From positions 62,064 through 126,063 of IMG/VR virus record IMGVR_UViG_3300033146_000850: a stretch of DNA of 64,000 bases. One strand, written 5' to 3'. The first letter of the stretch is position 1. Every line of letters begins with the position of its first letter. The DNA comes from a virus. This document shows positions 21,123-32,346 of this stretch, in pieces. The notes below the pieces were generated by a model. The model was not told where the DNA came from. It saw only the letters and a list, made by a program, of their open reading frames with translations, and did no database searches. Made by a program: the position numbers and the translations under genes.

Positions 21123-22100
21123 ATGTCAATTACAGTTACATCAAATAAAACTTTCAATATTCCACAGGATATTAGGGATATTCAAGGAGGTTCAACAGCA
21201 AGAATTAAGCGTATATCGGCAGATGGTGTTATACCAGTGGTATTAGAGGGTACTGCAAATTTAAATATTCATGATGATATTAAAAACGGAAGATATATTT
21301 GTCTTCAAGAGGGTGCAACCCTGGATACTATAATTAGTAAGAGAATTGAGTCAGTAAACCTTAAACCAAATATAGCAACTGGAATTGTGGAAATTGACCC
21401 ATCAAATAAATCGATTGTAATAGGAACAGGTACAACTTTTACAACTGAATTATATGAAACAACATATATTGAAATTGATGGACATAAAAAATATATCAAA
21501 ACAATTATTGATGATACACATCTTGAAATTTATAATAAATTTACAGAAGATATATATGATGAGCAACAATTAACATACTTCACAGTTGAAATAACATTAC
21601 AAAACCCTAGAGGTGAACATTGGGATACATTCCCAACAACTGACACATTGTGTTTATGGACAATTAAAGATAATACCAGATATTTGAGTGATTTTAAAAT
21701 CGAATTATATTATATGATTCAAAGCAAAACAGCAAATCAAATAGTATTTGACATATCTTATACTCCAAATGGAGCAGTAGATATGAAATTAGAAAGAGCT
21801 TCATATCAACACGATTTAACACAGGAGAATTTTAGAACTCACGATATATTTAATGATGATTCATATATATACGAGGCAAAAGATACATCTGGTACATACA
21901 CTAAAAACATCTATACGTGGACTAATACAGGGGCTGGGTCTAAAGTATCGCTTAGAAGTGAATTAGGGGTTACACTAGAAGACCAATTGATAAAAATGGT
22001 AATATACCCTGACGGTATGGCTGATGACTCTATCATTAATGTTGATGTTAAAGAGAATACATTAGGTAAAAGATTTACAGCTAATTTTAGTAGGGTTTAA
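21123..22100 (+). CDS. putative structural protein
   Basis: AAGGAG RBS; TAAATA upstream; VIGTGTTFTTEL module. Confidence 0.6.
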   Translation: MSITVTSNKTFNIPQDIRDIQGGSTARIKRISADGVIPVVLEGTANLNIHDDIKNGRYICLQEGATLDTIISKRIESVNLKPNIATGIVEIDPSNKSIVIGTGTTFTTELYETTYIEIDGHKKYIKTIIDDTHLEIYNKFTEDIYDEQQLTYFTVEITLQNPRGEHWDTFPTTDTLCLWTIKDNTRYLSDFKIELYYMIQSKTANQIVFDISYTPNGAVDMKLERASYQHDLTQENFRTHDIFNDDSYIYEAKDTSGTYTKNIYTWTNTGAGSKVSLRSELGVTLEDQLIKMVIYPDGMADDSIINVDVKENTLGKRFTANFSRV

Positions 22101-22113
22101 AGGGGATTTTAAT

Positions 22114-23799
22114 ATGAGTATGTTTAATTTTATGAATAAATTGAAAAGCCATAAAACAGTAGAAGACAAAATGGATAGAATTATCGATAAAGGTTTTAAA
22201 CGAAACAATGCCGATACATCCAAGAATAAAGAATATACTACTGAATTTGGTGAATATTATGGGAAAGATGGTTCAATTAGAATAGATGGTTTTATGAATG
22301 AGGCTACTAATTATCTAACATCTAATGTGTATGACCTCGAACATAAACAAGCAATTGAAAAATATAGATATATGTCAACTCTACCAGAGGTTGATGATGC
22401 AATTGAAGAAGTTGTAAATGAAGCCATCGTTAATGATGAACTTGAAGATGATATGGTTAAAATTAGTTTTAAAGGTGATGAAATAGGTGAAAATTTACAA
22501 GATGTAATACAAGAAGAATTTGAATATGTTAGGGATATATTGTTGGATTTTAAAAATAATGGTCAAAAACTATTTAGGCAATGGTATATAGATGGATGTT
22601 TATATTTAGAGAAAGTATTTAACCCTGAGAACGTTCGTAAAGGAATATTAAAAATAAATCCATTGGATAGTCAATACGTAACATATTATACTGTATTGGA
22701 TGATGACACGAGCAAAAATGGTAAACATTATTCTATGGATAGTTTCTACAAGGAATCAATTGTTGATGAGTTCTTTATAGTTAAAAAACCTAATTTTTCA
22801 TCTAATTATTATAACACTAATAATATGATGTTCAACATACCTAGAAGTGGGTCATCAGTGGATAGTATGCAATCCAAAAGAGTTCCTATTGAACTAATAA
22901 CATATATTGATTCAGGTCTTTACCATCCGAAAAAATATTATCCATACTCACATTTACACAAAGCATTAAAAGTTTCAAACCAACTAACATTATTAGAAGA
23001 TGCTCTATTAATATATCGTATAACTAGAGCACCTGAACGAAGAATATTTTTTATAGAAGTAGGTAATATGCCTGCGAATAAAGCTGAGGAATATATTAAT
23101 AAATTAATGAGACAATACCGTCAAGAAAAGGTATATGATGTTAATACTGGACAAATAAATGAAAAAGGTGCTTTTATGGCTATGACCGAGGACTTTTGGT
23201 TGCCTAGACGAAACGGACAATCAACTACAGAGGTTACAACCTTACAAGGTGGTCAAAATTTATCAGAAGTTGAAGATTTAAATTATTTTGCCAATAAAAT
23301 ATGGAGAGCTTTGAAGGTTCCATATACAAGAAGAGCAGATAAAGAAAATAATGGTGTTCAATTTAACAGTGGTAGAGAATTAACTATTGAAGAATTGAAA
23401 TTTTTTAAATTCATATTAAAACTTAGAAAAGAGTTTTCTAGAATTTTTGATGATTTATTAACTACACAATTAATATCTAAACGTATAATCAATGCAGATG
23501 AAGTTGATGATGTAGTTTCAAAATTAAAATATATTTATAATAATGATAATTATTTTTCACAATTTTTAAAATTAGATATTTTATCCCAAAGATTAGATGT
23601 TTTGAATAATATAGACCAATATGTAGGTAAATATTTCTCAATAGAGTATGTATATAAAGATATATTTGAAATGTCAGATGAAGAAATTAAAAATATGAGA
23701 GATTCAATAGAAAAGGATAAAGAAATGGGTGCAACAGAAGATATTGATGACAATAATATGGGTAGTGGACAAGATGATTTACCACCACCTCCAAGATAA
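22114..23799 (+). CDS. gp20: portal protein
   Basis: PEVDDAIEEVVNEAIV, FRQWYIDG, LEDALLIYRITRAPERRIF, EDFWLPRR. Confidence 0.97.
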   Translation: MSMFNFMNKLKSHKTVEDKMDRIIDKGFKRNNADTSKNKEYTTEFGEYYGKDGSIRIDGFMNEATNYLTSNVYDLEHKQAIEKYRYMSTLPEVDDAIEEVVNEAIVNDELEDDMVKISFKGDEIGENLQDVIQEEFEYVRDILLDFKNNGQKLFRQWYIDGCLYLEKVFNPENVRKGILKINPLDSQYVTYYTVLDDDTSKNGKHYSMDSFYKESIVDEFFIVKKPNFSSNYYNTNNMMFNIPRSGSSVDSMQSKRVPIELITYIDSGLYHPKKYYPYSHLHKALKVSNQLTLLEDALLIYRITRAPERRIFFIEVGNMPANKAEEYINKLMRQYRQEKVYDVNTGQINEKGAFMAMTEDFWLPRRNGQSTTEVTTLQGGQNLSEVEDLNYFANKIWRALKVPYTRRADKENNGVQFNSGRELTIEELKFFKFILKLRKEFSRIFDDLLTTQLISKRIINADEVDDVVSKLKYIYNNDNYFSQFLKLDILSQRLDVLNNIDQYVGKYFSIEYVYKDIFEMSDEEIKNMRDSIEKDKEMGATEDIDDNNMGSGQDDLPPPPR

Positions 23800-23846
23800 T
23801 CAATATAAAAATCATAAATAATTAATAACAAAACTAAATTAGAGGG

Positions 23847-24878
23847 TTGAAACATATGAAACTCAATAAAAATAATATTATTAAACAGTTGGATGATATT
23901 TTTGAATCTCAAATGAAAACCTTTTTAGATGAAAAAGAATGGAATGAATATGAAAAATTAAAAACTCAAAAAGAAAATGTTAAAAAAATAACAGGATTAG
24001 AAGTTAAAATGTTTTATAAGAATGATATTACAAACATTGATGAATTTATGATTAAACATATAAACAATAGTAAAAAACAATTTAAAAATGCATTAAATGA
24101 AAATGGTAAATCTATAATTGTATTATATAAAAAGGGACGAACTTGTTTAGTTGATGGTAGATGGGATAAATGTGAAGAATACTTAATAAACACGAAAAAA
24201 GGAATAAGATTAGGGGTATATAAAGAGGGTTTATGTGGATTTATAGATGATACAGGTAAAATAAAAGTTAAACCAGTATACTCAAAAATAAAAGGGGATG
24301 ATGGTATAATAACACCTATACACGAAAAAATGTTTTGGGTTAAAAAACACGGTAATGACAATTTTTCATATGGTTTGGTTTCGTGTGAAGGAAAAGAACT
24401 AACTCCATTTGAATTTTCACCAATAGGTAAAAAATTTTTTAAATTTGGATTGAAGGAATATATACTAGGTCAAACTAAAAAAGGGGATGGTGTATATTCT
24501 ATATCTAACAAGAAATTCATAATACCAGAGGGATTATATAGTAAAATAATAACAAATACAACAAAAAAAATATTCATTATAAAAACTAAAAATAATAAAT
24601 TTGGAGTTATTAAAAATGACGTTGTAATAGTTAAACCCGAATATGACCAACTAAATGTATTAGAAAATAATACATTTCAAGTGACTAAAAATAAAAAAAT
24701 AGGGGTGATTAATGAAAAAGGTGAACAGGTTATACCACTAATATATGAAAAAATAGTATCTTATGATAAAAATAATTCAGAATTGACATTAACAACAACA
24801 GAAAATAATAATCAACTATATGATGTGTTTAATACACACGGTAAACGGATTCGTCACGCAATTAAAGGAGGCATATAA
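23847..24878 (+). CDS. WG-repeat-like protein
   Basis: Repeated K-x-G-x-I/V...G...I-x-P-x-Y units. Confidence 0.65.
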   Translation: MKHMKLNKNNIIKQLDDIFESQMKTFLDEKEWNEYEKLKTQKENVKKITGLEVKMFYKNDITNIDEFMIKHINNSKKQFKNALNENGKSIIVLYKKGRTCLVDGRWDKCEEYLINTKKGIRLGVYKEGLCGFIDDTGKIKVKPVYSKIKGDDGIITPIHEKMFWVKKHGNDNFSYGLVSCEGKELTPFEFSPIGKKFFKFGLKEYILGQTKKGDGVYSISNKKFIIPEGLYSKIITNTTKKIFIIKTKNNKFGVIKNDVVIVKPEYDQLNVLENNTFQVTKNKKIGVINEKGEQVIPLIYEKIVSYDKNNSELTLTTTENNNQLYDVFNTHGKRIRHAIKGGI

Positions 24879-25618
24879 TGACAAACCTAAAAACATTGAT
24901 TGAACATTTTATAAATATCAATCCCAGAAATGACAAACTCAAACCGTTAACAGAAACAATTGGACATAATAACTTTAATGCGTGTGAAATTATCACCGAA
25001 GATGTTGCTGGAATAGGACAACAAGTATATATCCAAGGTATTTTTTCAGAATTTAATACTAAAAATCAAAACGGAAGAATATATCCAAGAAATATTATGG
25101 AGCCTGAAATTATAAGATTTTATGAAAAATATGTTAAAACGAATAGAGCATTAGGTGAACTAGACCATCCAGATGGTCCTACAATCAATTTAGACAACGT
25201 ATCTCATCGGATAGTTGACTTATGGTTCGAGGGGGATAAAGTTTACGGTAAAGCATTAATAGGTGGTCCGAAAGGGGACGATGTTAAATCTATTTTAAAA
25301 ATGGGTGGTGTACTAGGTGTATCATCACGGTCATTAGGCTCATTAAATCATAGAAATGAAGTTGATGAACTTCAAATTATAACTTGGGATATCGTTCACG
25401 AACCATCAGTAGCAAGTGCAATAATGACGGATTTAACAGAGTCAATTAAACACAACAAACCGTTCGATTGGGTCAATGATAATACAGGGTTTATAACTGA
25501 AAATATTAAAAAAGAATTTAAAATCATAAATAACAATATGTTACTTACAAAAGAAGAGCGTGAGGATTATGCTGGACTGTATATTAAAAATTTTTTTAAT
25601 AAACTATACAATGGGTAA
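24878..25618 (+). CDS. gp21: prohead protease
   Basis: KNQNGRIYP, ALGELDHP, VSHRI, LGVSSRSLGS, WDIVHEPS. Confidence 0.95.
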   Translation: MTNLKTLIEHFININPRNDKLKPLTETIGHNNFNACEIITEDVAGIGQQVYIQGIFSEFNTKNQNGRIYPRNIMEPEIIRFYEKYVKTNRALGELDHPDGPTINLDNVSHRIVDLWFEGDKVYGKALIGGPKGDDVKSILKMGGVLGVSSRSLGSLNHRNEVDELQIITWDIVHEPSVASAIMTDLTESIKHNKPFDWVNDNTGFITENIKKEFKIINNNMLLTKEEREDYAGLYIKNFFNKLYNG

Positions 25619-25641
25619 TATTTATTAACAAGGAGGGCAGA

Positions 25642-27288
25642 ATGGCTAACAAAAAAAAGACAAGCAAGGGTAAGACTATTAGTAGAACACCCGAAGCTTC
25701 AATTCAAAATGCCAAGTCTAACATGAAGACTGACATTAAGCCAGGTATTAACAGTGAGATAAAAGACATTGTTAATGACATCCTAAATGGTAATCTTAAA
25801 AAAGTCATGCATTCAGACATCGCCAAGAAGATTGGTATTAAAGAAAATGATGAAACGAATCTTGATGAAAAAGAATTAATTCTTGGTGGAAAAAAAGTAT
25901 CTAATGATTTGGATGATGATTCTATGCAAGAAAAAGAAAACCTTGAAGATGTTGGCGAAGAAGATTTAGAAGAAAGTCACAGCAACGTGACTGATTTGAT
26001 TTCTACCGTAGATAATTTTAAAAACAAAGCTGATAATGCAACATTATCAACATCTAAACCATTATCCGAGGATGAAAAGGTTGAGGATGATGCCGATGTT
26101 GAGTTGAAATTATCTGAAATGGGTTACGGTGCGGATGACGATGAAGTTGTATCAAAAGAGACTGGTATGGATGGTGTTGAGGATGAAGTGGAATTAGACC
26201 TTAGTTCTGTTGGATACGATGTTTCAGAGGAAGAACTCGAACTTGACCAATCTAATGAATTAGTTAAGGAAGAGGATGACGAACAAGACCCTGAAATGAG
26301 TCCTGCCGAAGATGAAACTGAAATGAGTTCAGTTGAAGGTGACGTTGAGATGGGTTCAGTTGAAGGTGACACTGAAATTGATTCAGTTGAAGGTGACGTT
26401 GAAATGGGTTCAGTTGAAGGTGACGTTGAAATGGGTTCAGTTGAAGGTGACACTGAAACACCTGAGGTAGAAGTTTCACAAATGGGTTATGAACAATTGT
26501 CAGATGAAGACAAAGCAGTTGTTGACGAAGCTATTCGAGAAGCTGATTCAATTAGAAAACAAATGAGTGCAGAGTTAGCTGGGATAGATGAATCAATTCT
26601 CCCTAAAGAGAAAAAAGAAAAACTTGAAGTTTATTTTGAAATGTTAACTGATGAAAAAGCAAAAATCATATCTAAAAAAACTGTAGCCAATGTTATTGAA
26701 CATACAGATGCATATATGAAACGTGTAGTTAGTGATTTTGTTAAATCAAAACAATCTGAAATTAAAGAAGCAATTGAAAGCACTAAAAAAGCTGAAATAT
26801 TTGAGGACTTTAAATATATGGTTGAAAAATTATACGGAACATCTACTACTGATATTTTAGAATCTAAGAAAACAGAAGAGTTTCTTATTAATGTTATTTC
26901 AGAAATGAAAAAAACAAATAGCAAACTTGAAAAAAGATTAGTAGAATCTAAAAATGTAGTTGATAAAATGAGATGTACATTGATATTCAACGAAGCTACA
27001 AAAAATATGATTTATACAGATAAAGAAAGGGTTGCTGAATTTATGGAATCTTTTGATTATTCAACATCTAAAGATTTTAAAAATAAATTAGATATAGTTA
27101 TTGAAAAAATTATTTCTTTAAATGAGAATAAAAAAACAGTTAAAGATATCAAAAAAACAACAACCAGAACGTTAAATATCAATGAGAAAAAGATTTCTAA
27201 CGCTGTAAAGAAACAAAAGTTGAATGAAACAAATGTAGATATTGTTGAAGAAATAGACCCTAATAAGTTTAATAGTAGTTTTTTTTAA
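25642..27288 (+). CDS. gp22: prohead core scaffold protein with long acidic N-terminal extension
   Basis: Position between gp21 and gp23; acidic and coiled-coil composition. Confidence 0.7.
   Translation: MANKKKTSKGKTISRTPEASIQNAKSNMKTDIKPGINSEIKDIVNDILNGNLKKVMHSDIAKKIGIKENDETNLDEKELILGGKKVSNDLDDDSMQEKENLEDVGEEDLEESHSNVTDLISTVDNFKNKADNATLSTSKPLSEDEKVEDDADVELKLSEMGYGADDDEVVSKETGMDGVEDEVELDLSSVGYDVSEEELELDQSNELVKEEDDEQDPEMSPAEDETEMSSVEGDVEMGSVEGDTEIDSVEGDVEMGSVEGDVEMGSVEGDTETPEVEVSQMGYEQLSDEDKAVVDEAIREADSIRKQMSAELAGIDESILPKEKKEKLEVYFEMLTDEKAKIISKKTVANVIEHTDAYMKRVVSDFVKSKQSEIKEAIESTKKAEIFEDFKYMVEKLYGTSTTDILESKKTEEFLINVISEMKKTNSKLEKRLVESKNVVDKMRCTLIFNEATKNMIYTDKERVAEFMESFDYSTSKDFKNKLDIVIEKIISLNENKKTVKDIKKTTTRTLNINEKKISNAVKKQKLNETNVDIVEEIDPNKFNSSFF
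26293..26454 (+). repeat. 27-bp tandem repeat x6 (EMGSVEGDV/T)
   Basis: gaaatgggttcagttgaaggtgacgtt units at 26320, 26347, 26374, 26401, 26428 plus a degenerate copy at 26293. Confidence 0.9.
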
Positions 27289-27314
27289 TAAGAATTTTGT
27301 AAAGGAGATACGTA

Positions 27315-28889
27315 ATGGAAAAATCTAAAAAAACACATCTTTTAAAAAAGTGGAATAAAGTTTTAAATCACCCACTAGCTAAAAAGATTGACGAAAGAAA
27401 AAAAGGCGTTGTTGCCTCAATGTTAGAGAATCAATTGGGATTCGTAGAAAAAAAATTAGAAAGGATTAATGAAGACATGTCTTTTGGTAATCACGTAGGT
27501 GTTAGCGATGTTAATACTTATGATTCAATCCTTATACCTCTTCTTCGTAGGGTTGCACCTGACCTCATCGCTTTAGACATTTTAGGTACACAGCCTATGG
27601 ATAAACCAACACAACTCATTTTCGCTATGAGAGCTCATTATGCAGGTAATGAAGGTTCAAATAACGAATACCCACTCCCAAATGTTCCAGGTAGTAGATT
27701 ACCTTATGATGCACAAGAAAATAGTGGTGCTACTCAATATTATGAAATATTACAGGTTAATAATGTGTCATCTGTTAATCCAGCTTCACATTTTAATGTT
27801 GGTGATGTCGTTGCTAATGATTGGACAGGTGGAACTCCAACTAAATATGGTTTAGTTCTCTATTCTGGAAAAGATATCGCTAATGATAGATTGACATTAT
27901 TAGTTGAAAGACTTGATAGTGGTCAAAAATCACATAGACAAGGTACTTATAATGGAACACCTACACCATTTTTCACTAAAAGTGATAAAATAGTTCCTTT
28001 CATTGCTGACCCTAGCTGGGGAGTTGAACCTGTTGTATATTTCGATTTACCTGATGAAAGTATGTATAATGCTGTTCTTCAATCTTATTCAGGAACTTAT
28101 CAGACAGAAGTTGCAGAACAAATGGGTAAAGAAATCAATCAGATGAATTTTAGTGTTGATAAAGTTACAGTAACAGCTAGAAATAGAATACTCAAGGCTA
28201 GATATACATTTGAAGTTGCAGAAGACCTTAAAGCTTATCATGGATTAGATGCAGAGAATGAATTGGTTAATATTCTTAGCTATGAAATTCTTACTGAAAT
28301 GAACCGTGAAATAGTTGATAGAATTAAATTAGCATCTATTCAAGGCGGAACTAGACCTTTCGTTTATAATGATGCTGATGGTAGATGGTCACAAGAAAGA
28401 TTTAGAACTCTTTATAATTTAATTAACAAAGTTGCTAATGAAATCGCTATCTCTACACGTAGAGGTAATGGTAACTTCATTATATGCTCTATGGATGTTA
28501 AAACTGCTCTTGAATCACTTGATGGTTATGAACTTTGGACTGATGTTAACAAAGACTTCAATGCTAATAGTGCTGTTGCTTATGCTGGTACAATTGGTGG
28601 ACGTTTTAAAGTATATATCGATACTTTTGCAACCAAAGATTTCGCAATCGTTGGTTATAAAGGTGAGTCAGAAATGGATGCTGGATTATTTTACTGCCCA
28701 TACGTACCATTGAATATGGTTAAGGCGATAGGACAGGATGATTTTCAACCTAGAATCGGTTTTAGGACTAGATATGGTCTAGGTGAGAATCCATTCGGAG
28801 CTAAACTTTACTATAGATACGTTGATATTGGTGGACTTAGTTATGCATACAGTGACGGACCAATCTCTGTTAAATTTGAAAATATTTAA
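27315..28889 (+). CDS. gp23: major capsid protein
   Basis: LIPLLRRVAPDLIA, GTQPM, EDLKAYHGLDAENEL, DAGLFYCPYVPL, FQPRIGFRTRYG. Confidence 0.98.
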   Translation: MEKSKKTHLLKKWNKVLNHPLAKKIDERKKGVVASMLENQLGFVEKKLERINEDMSFGNHVGVSDVNTYDSILIPLLRRVAPDLIALDILGTQPMDKPTQLIFAMRAHYAGNEGSNNEYPLPNVPGSRLPYDAQENSGATQYYEILQVNNVSSVNPASHFNVGDVVANDWTGGTPTKYGLVLYSGKDIANDRLTLLVERLDSGQKSHRQGTYNGTPTPFFTKSDKIVPFIADPSWGVEPVVYFDLPDESMYNAVLQSYSGTYQTEVAEQMGKEINQMNFSVDKVTVTARNRILKARYTFEVAEDLKAYHGLDAENELVNILSYEILTEMNREIVDRIKLASIQGGTRPFVYNDADGRWSQERFRTLYNLINKVANEIAISTRRGNGNFIICSMDVKTALESLDGYELWTDVNKDFNANSAVAYAGTIGGRFKVYIDTFATKDFAIVGYKGESEMDAGLFYCPYVPLNMVKAIGQDDFQPRIGFRTRYGLGENPFGAKLYYRYVDIGGLSYAYSDGPISVKFENI

Positions 28890-28911
28890 GTTTTACTTTA
28901 GTTTCTCCCAG

Positions 28912-28941
28912 AAGCCTTTCTTCGGAAAGGCTTTTTTTTTT
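28912..28941 (+). terminator. intrinsic terminator with UUCG tetraloop after gp23
   Basis: aagcctttc-ttcg-gaaaggctt followed by a T run. Confidence 0.9.
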
Positions 28942-28949
28942 CTAAAAAC

Positions 28950-28978
28950 TTGACATTATCATAATTAATATATATACT
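28950..28978 (+). promoter_or_regulatory. sigma70-type promoter for endonuclease gene
   Basis: TTGACA-17nt-TATACT. Confidence 0.7.
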
Positions 28979-29016
28979 ATAATAGTAAATTATAAACTAA
29001 TAAAAATGATAATATA

Positions 29017-31053
29017 ATGTACGAAGAATTAAAAAAGAAAATTTTGAAAATTAAAGGTAGATATTGGTATAAAGAATTAACTAATGATGAAATTAATATT
29101 ATAATAAAAGAAACATCATTTTTACCTAATAAATATGATATAAAAATAAGAAGAATATATTTTATACATAATTTAACAAGTTTACAAATATGCCCCACCT
29201 GTGGTAAAGAAATACAATGGGATAGAAAACATCAAAAATTTGGAAAACGATGTAGTAAAGAATGTTATATCGTTCCTGATGGTGTAACTATTGACCAAAT
29301 AAACAATGAAACCAACTTTTTACCATCAGATATATCCTTTAAAAATAGGGTAGGATATTATAGATTAAAAATTAAAAAATATAAAAAATGTTTAATATGT
29401 GATAAAGCGATTGATTTTGATAATAAACATTTAACATTTCCCGATTACTGCTCATCTAAGTGTAGAAAACAAGGACAAAAATATATTAATGAAAAAAGGA
29501 AGGATTCTTGGTCTAATAAAAACAAAGAAGAGATATCTATAATCAACAATAAAAGAAAAAATACTGTAAATGAAAAATATGGAGTTGATAATGTGTTTCA
29601 AAATGAAGATATTAAGGTACGCTCTAATGAGAAACGACAAAAAACTAATAATGAAAAATATGGGGTTAATTATTACATAATATCTGATGATTTTAAAGAA
29701 AAAAAGAAAAAAACATTACTTGAGACTGTTGGGGTAGATAACCCTATGAAATTCGATGACTATAAAAATAATCAACAAGACTCATTATATGTGAATTATA
29801 ATGTTAGAAATCCTATGAAATCTGAAACAATTAAACAGCGAGTAAAAGACACGAATAATGAAAAATATGGAGTTGATAATGTATTTCAAAATGATGATAT
29901 TAAAGAAAAAATAAAGAAAACAGTGAATGAAAAATATAATGTTGATTATTATTCACAAAGTAATGAATACAAAGAAAAAATAAAGAAAACACAACGTGAA
30001 TCATACTGGGACTCTTTTATAACATTATTGAAACAAAAAAGAATCGAACCATTATTTGATAAACACGAATATATAACGTATAATTACGGTGAAAACAATA
30101 AAAAATATAAATGTTTAAAATGTGATAAATCATTTGAAACCGTTGAATTAAAAGTTCAAAAGATATATTGTAAAAAATGTGCAACAAGAATGTCACAATC
30201 AGAGCGAGAAATATCAGAATGGATAAAAGAAGAAAATAAAAACATCAATATATTAACCAATAAATTTTTCAAAAATAGTGACAATAAACGTTATGAGCTT
30301 GACATATATTTACCAGATTTTAATATAGGGATAGAATATCACGGATTATATTGGCATAGTGAATTATATAAAGATAAAAACTATCATAAAAATAAATATG
30401 AATTTTTTAAAGAACAAGGAATTGAAGTTATTCAAATATTTGAAAATGAATGGGTTCTCAATCTAGAAATAGTCAAATCAATTATACGAACAAAAATAGG
30501 CGTGGTTAAACGAAAATTGTATGGTCGTCAATGTACTATTCGTAGCATTGAAAACGATGAATATAAGCAATTTTGTGAGTTAAATCATTTACAAGGGTAT
30601 GGAATAGCAAAAGTAAGACTGGGATTATATTATAATGATGAATTAGTTCAAATAATGAGTTTTTCAACCCCTAGGTTCAATAAATCATATGATTGGGAAA
30701 ACATCAGAACCTGTTCTAAAATCAACACAATAATAACTGGTGGATTTTCCAAATTATTAAAACATTTCAAGAAAAACTATAAAGGTTCAATAATAAGTTA
30801 TGTAGATGCTCGATATTTTAATGGTAAAGGTTATATTAACAATGGTTTTGAAAAAATAGGACATAGTAATCCAAACTTTTTTTATTTTAAAACACAATCT
30901 ATAATATTAGAGAATAGAATGAAGTTTCAAAAACATAAATTAAAAGATATTCTAAATAACTACAATGAGAATGTAACATCTAATGTTAATATGTTGAATA
31001 ATGATTATTTAAGAATATTTGATGCTGGGAATATAATATTAAAACATAAATAA
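29017..31053 (+). CDS. Hef-like free-standing homing endonuclease
   Basis: CxxC zinc fingers, KYGVDNVFQ repeats, ELDIYLPDFNIGIEYHGLYWHS, IFENEW, NHLQG, RIFDAGN. Confidence 0.8.
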   Translation: MYEELKKKILKIKGRYWYKELTNDEINIIIKETSFLPNKYDIKIRRIYFIHNLTSLQICPTCGKEIQWDRKHQKFGKRCSKECYIVPDGVTIDQINNETNFLPSDISFKNRVGYYRLKIKKYKKCLICDKAIDFDNKHLTFPDYCSSKCRKQGQKYINEKRKDSWSNKNKEEISIINNKRKNTVNEKYGVDNVFQNEDIKVRSNEKRQKTNNEKYGVNYYIISDDFKEKKKKTLLETVGVDNPMKFDDYKNNQQDSLYVNYNVRNPMKSETIKQRVKDTNNEKYGVDNVFQNDDIKEKIKKTVNEKYNVDYYSQSNEYKEKIKKTQRESYWDSFITLLKQKRIEPLFDKHEYITYNYGENNKKYKCLKCDKSFETVELKVQKIYCKKCATRMSQSEREISEWIKEENKNINILTNKFFKNSDNKRYELDIYLPDFNIGIEYHGLYWHSELYKDKNYHKNKYEFFKEQGIEVIQIFENEWVLNLEIVKSIIRTKIGVVKRKLYGRQCTIRSIENDEYKQFCELNHLQGYGIAKVRLGLYYNDELVQIMSFSTPRFNKSYDWENIRTCSKINTIITGGFSKLLKHFKKNYKGSIISYVDARYFNGKGYINNGFEKIGHSNPNFFYFKTQSIILENRMKFQKHKLKDILNNYNENVTSNVNMLNNDYLRIFDAGNIILKHK

Positions 31054-31070
31054 AAACATATTAAATAACA

Positions 31071-31727
31071 ATGGGGTATGATATGATTAATTTTAAAGAT
31101 TTTTTAGTTCAAAATAATATAGAGCAATATATAACCGAAGAAATGATAGAACATTATATAACAAGAACAACTAAACATGTAAATTTAGTAAAAGCTAACG
31201 GTAACTATATTATAAATAATATGAGCATTCCAGATGACCAAAAATTTGAATTTTTAAATTTATTATCTGTTCACGATAAAAGTAAATTTGAGAATCCTGA
31301 AAAAGATTTATATGTGTTAATATCGTGGAAATATCACATAGAAGAGGATAAATTTAAAGAAATGAATTTACCCCAATGGCTACAAGAAAAAATGGTTAAA
31401 ATATCAGAGGTTCACTTGAAAAACAATAAACATCATCCTGAATATTGGGATGATAATTTAATATCTGGATTTTTAGATACACAAGATAGAGATGATATAG
31501 ATGACAATCTGATAGTTAACGCAAAAAAAATGCCAAATATAAACATATTAGAAATGGTGTGTGATTGGACGGCTATAAGTCAAGAAATGCACAATAACTC
31601 GGATTCAACCCAATGGGCTAATGACAATGTAAATAAAAGATGGTTATTTAGTGATGAACAAGTTAATTTAATATATAAAGCAATAAAAACATTAACCAAT
31701 TTTAAAAATTTTAAAGAATCTATCTAG
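31071..31727 (+). CDS. DUF5662-like HD-related protein
   Basis: HDKSKF, HLKNNKHHPEYW, EMVCDW. Confidence 0.65.
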   Translation: MGYDMINFKDFLVQNNIEQYITEEMIEHYITRTTKHVNLVKANGNYIINNMSIPDDQKFEFLNLLSVHDKSKFENPEKDLYVLISWKYHIEEDKFKEMNLPQWLQEKMVKISEVHLKNNKHHPEYWDDNLISGFLDTQDRDDIDDNLIVNAKKMPNINILEMVCDWTAISQEMHNNSDSTQWANDNVNKRWLFSDEQVNLIYKAIKTLTNFKNFKESI

Positions 31728-32337
31728 GAATCAAATAATCATCAGGTTGTGGGATAATCTGAACCCCCTCAGCATTAAATATTTTCATATATAAAAAATA
31801 GAATGTAGCATTTGCAGTTAAATATTCTGAATTTTGTGCATCCAATTCCAATCCACTTATACTACTAACCCAAGAATCAACAAATGTAAATTTCAATACT
31901 TTTTGATGTTGTCTATCCGTTACTATTATGTCTATATCTCTATATTCAATAGGGTGTTGGTTTGAATTATTAATAACACTGTTTAATGGATTATCTTTAT
32001 GTTTATAATTCATAGGGTCAAATCCAGGGGTATGGCTTTGTAATAGTTTTTCAGGGTCTTTTAATCTATTCAACCAACCAGCTATACCCAAATAAGAATT
32101 TAAGTTGTCATCAACCAATATGTCTAAATTTAAGGGGTCATAATCCATTCTACCTTGTGATGGGAAATATATAACATTTTGGTTAACATCAACTGTTGCT
32201 GGATTAATAGTCATAGATGGTATTTTAAAATTTTTAATATAGAAAGTAACATCCCCACTATCAAACAGGTTATCACCTTTTATTATGCAATAATAATTAT
32301 CACTTTCTTGGAAATTTATATTTATATTAGAAGTCAT
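31720..32337 (-). CDS. gp3: tail completion/tube terminator (gp3-like)
   Basis: IPSMTI, YDPLNLDILVDDNLNSY...W, F.D.W...ISGLE, ATFYF. Confidence 0.75.
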   Translation of the reverse strand: MTSNININFQESDNYYCIIKGDNLFDSGDVTFYIKNFKIPSMTINPATVDVNQNVIYFPSQGRMDYDPLNLDILVDDNLNSYLGIAGWLNRLKDPEKLLQSHTPGFDPMNYKHKDNPLNSVINNSNQHPIEYRDIDIIVTDRQHQKVLKFTFVDSWVSSISGLELDAQNSEYLTANATFYFLYMKIFNAEGVQIIPQPDDYLIPR

Positions 32338-32346
32338 ATGACACCT

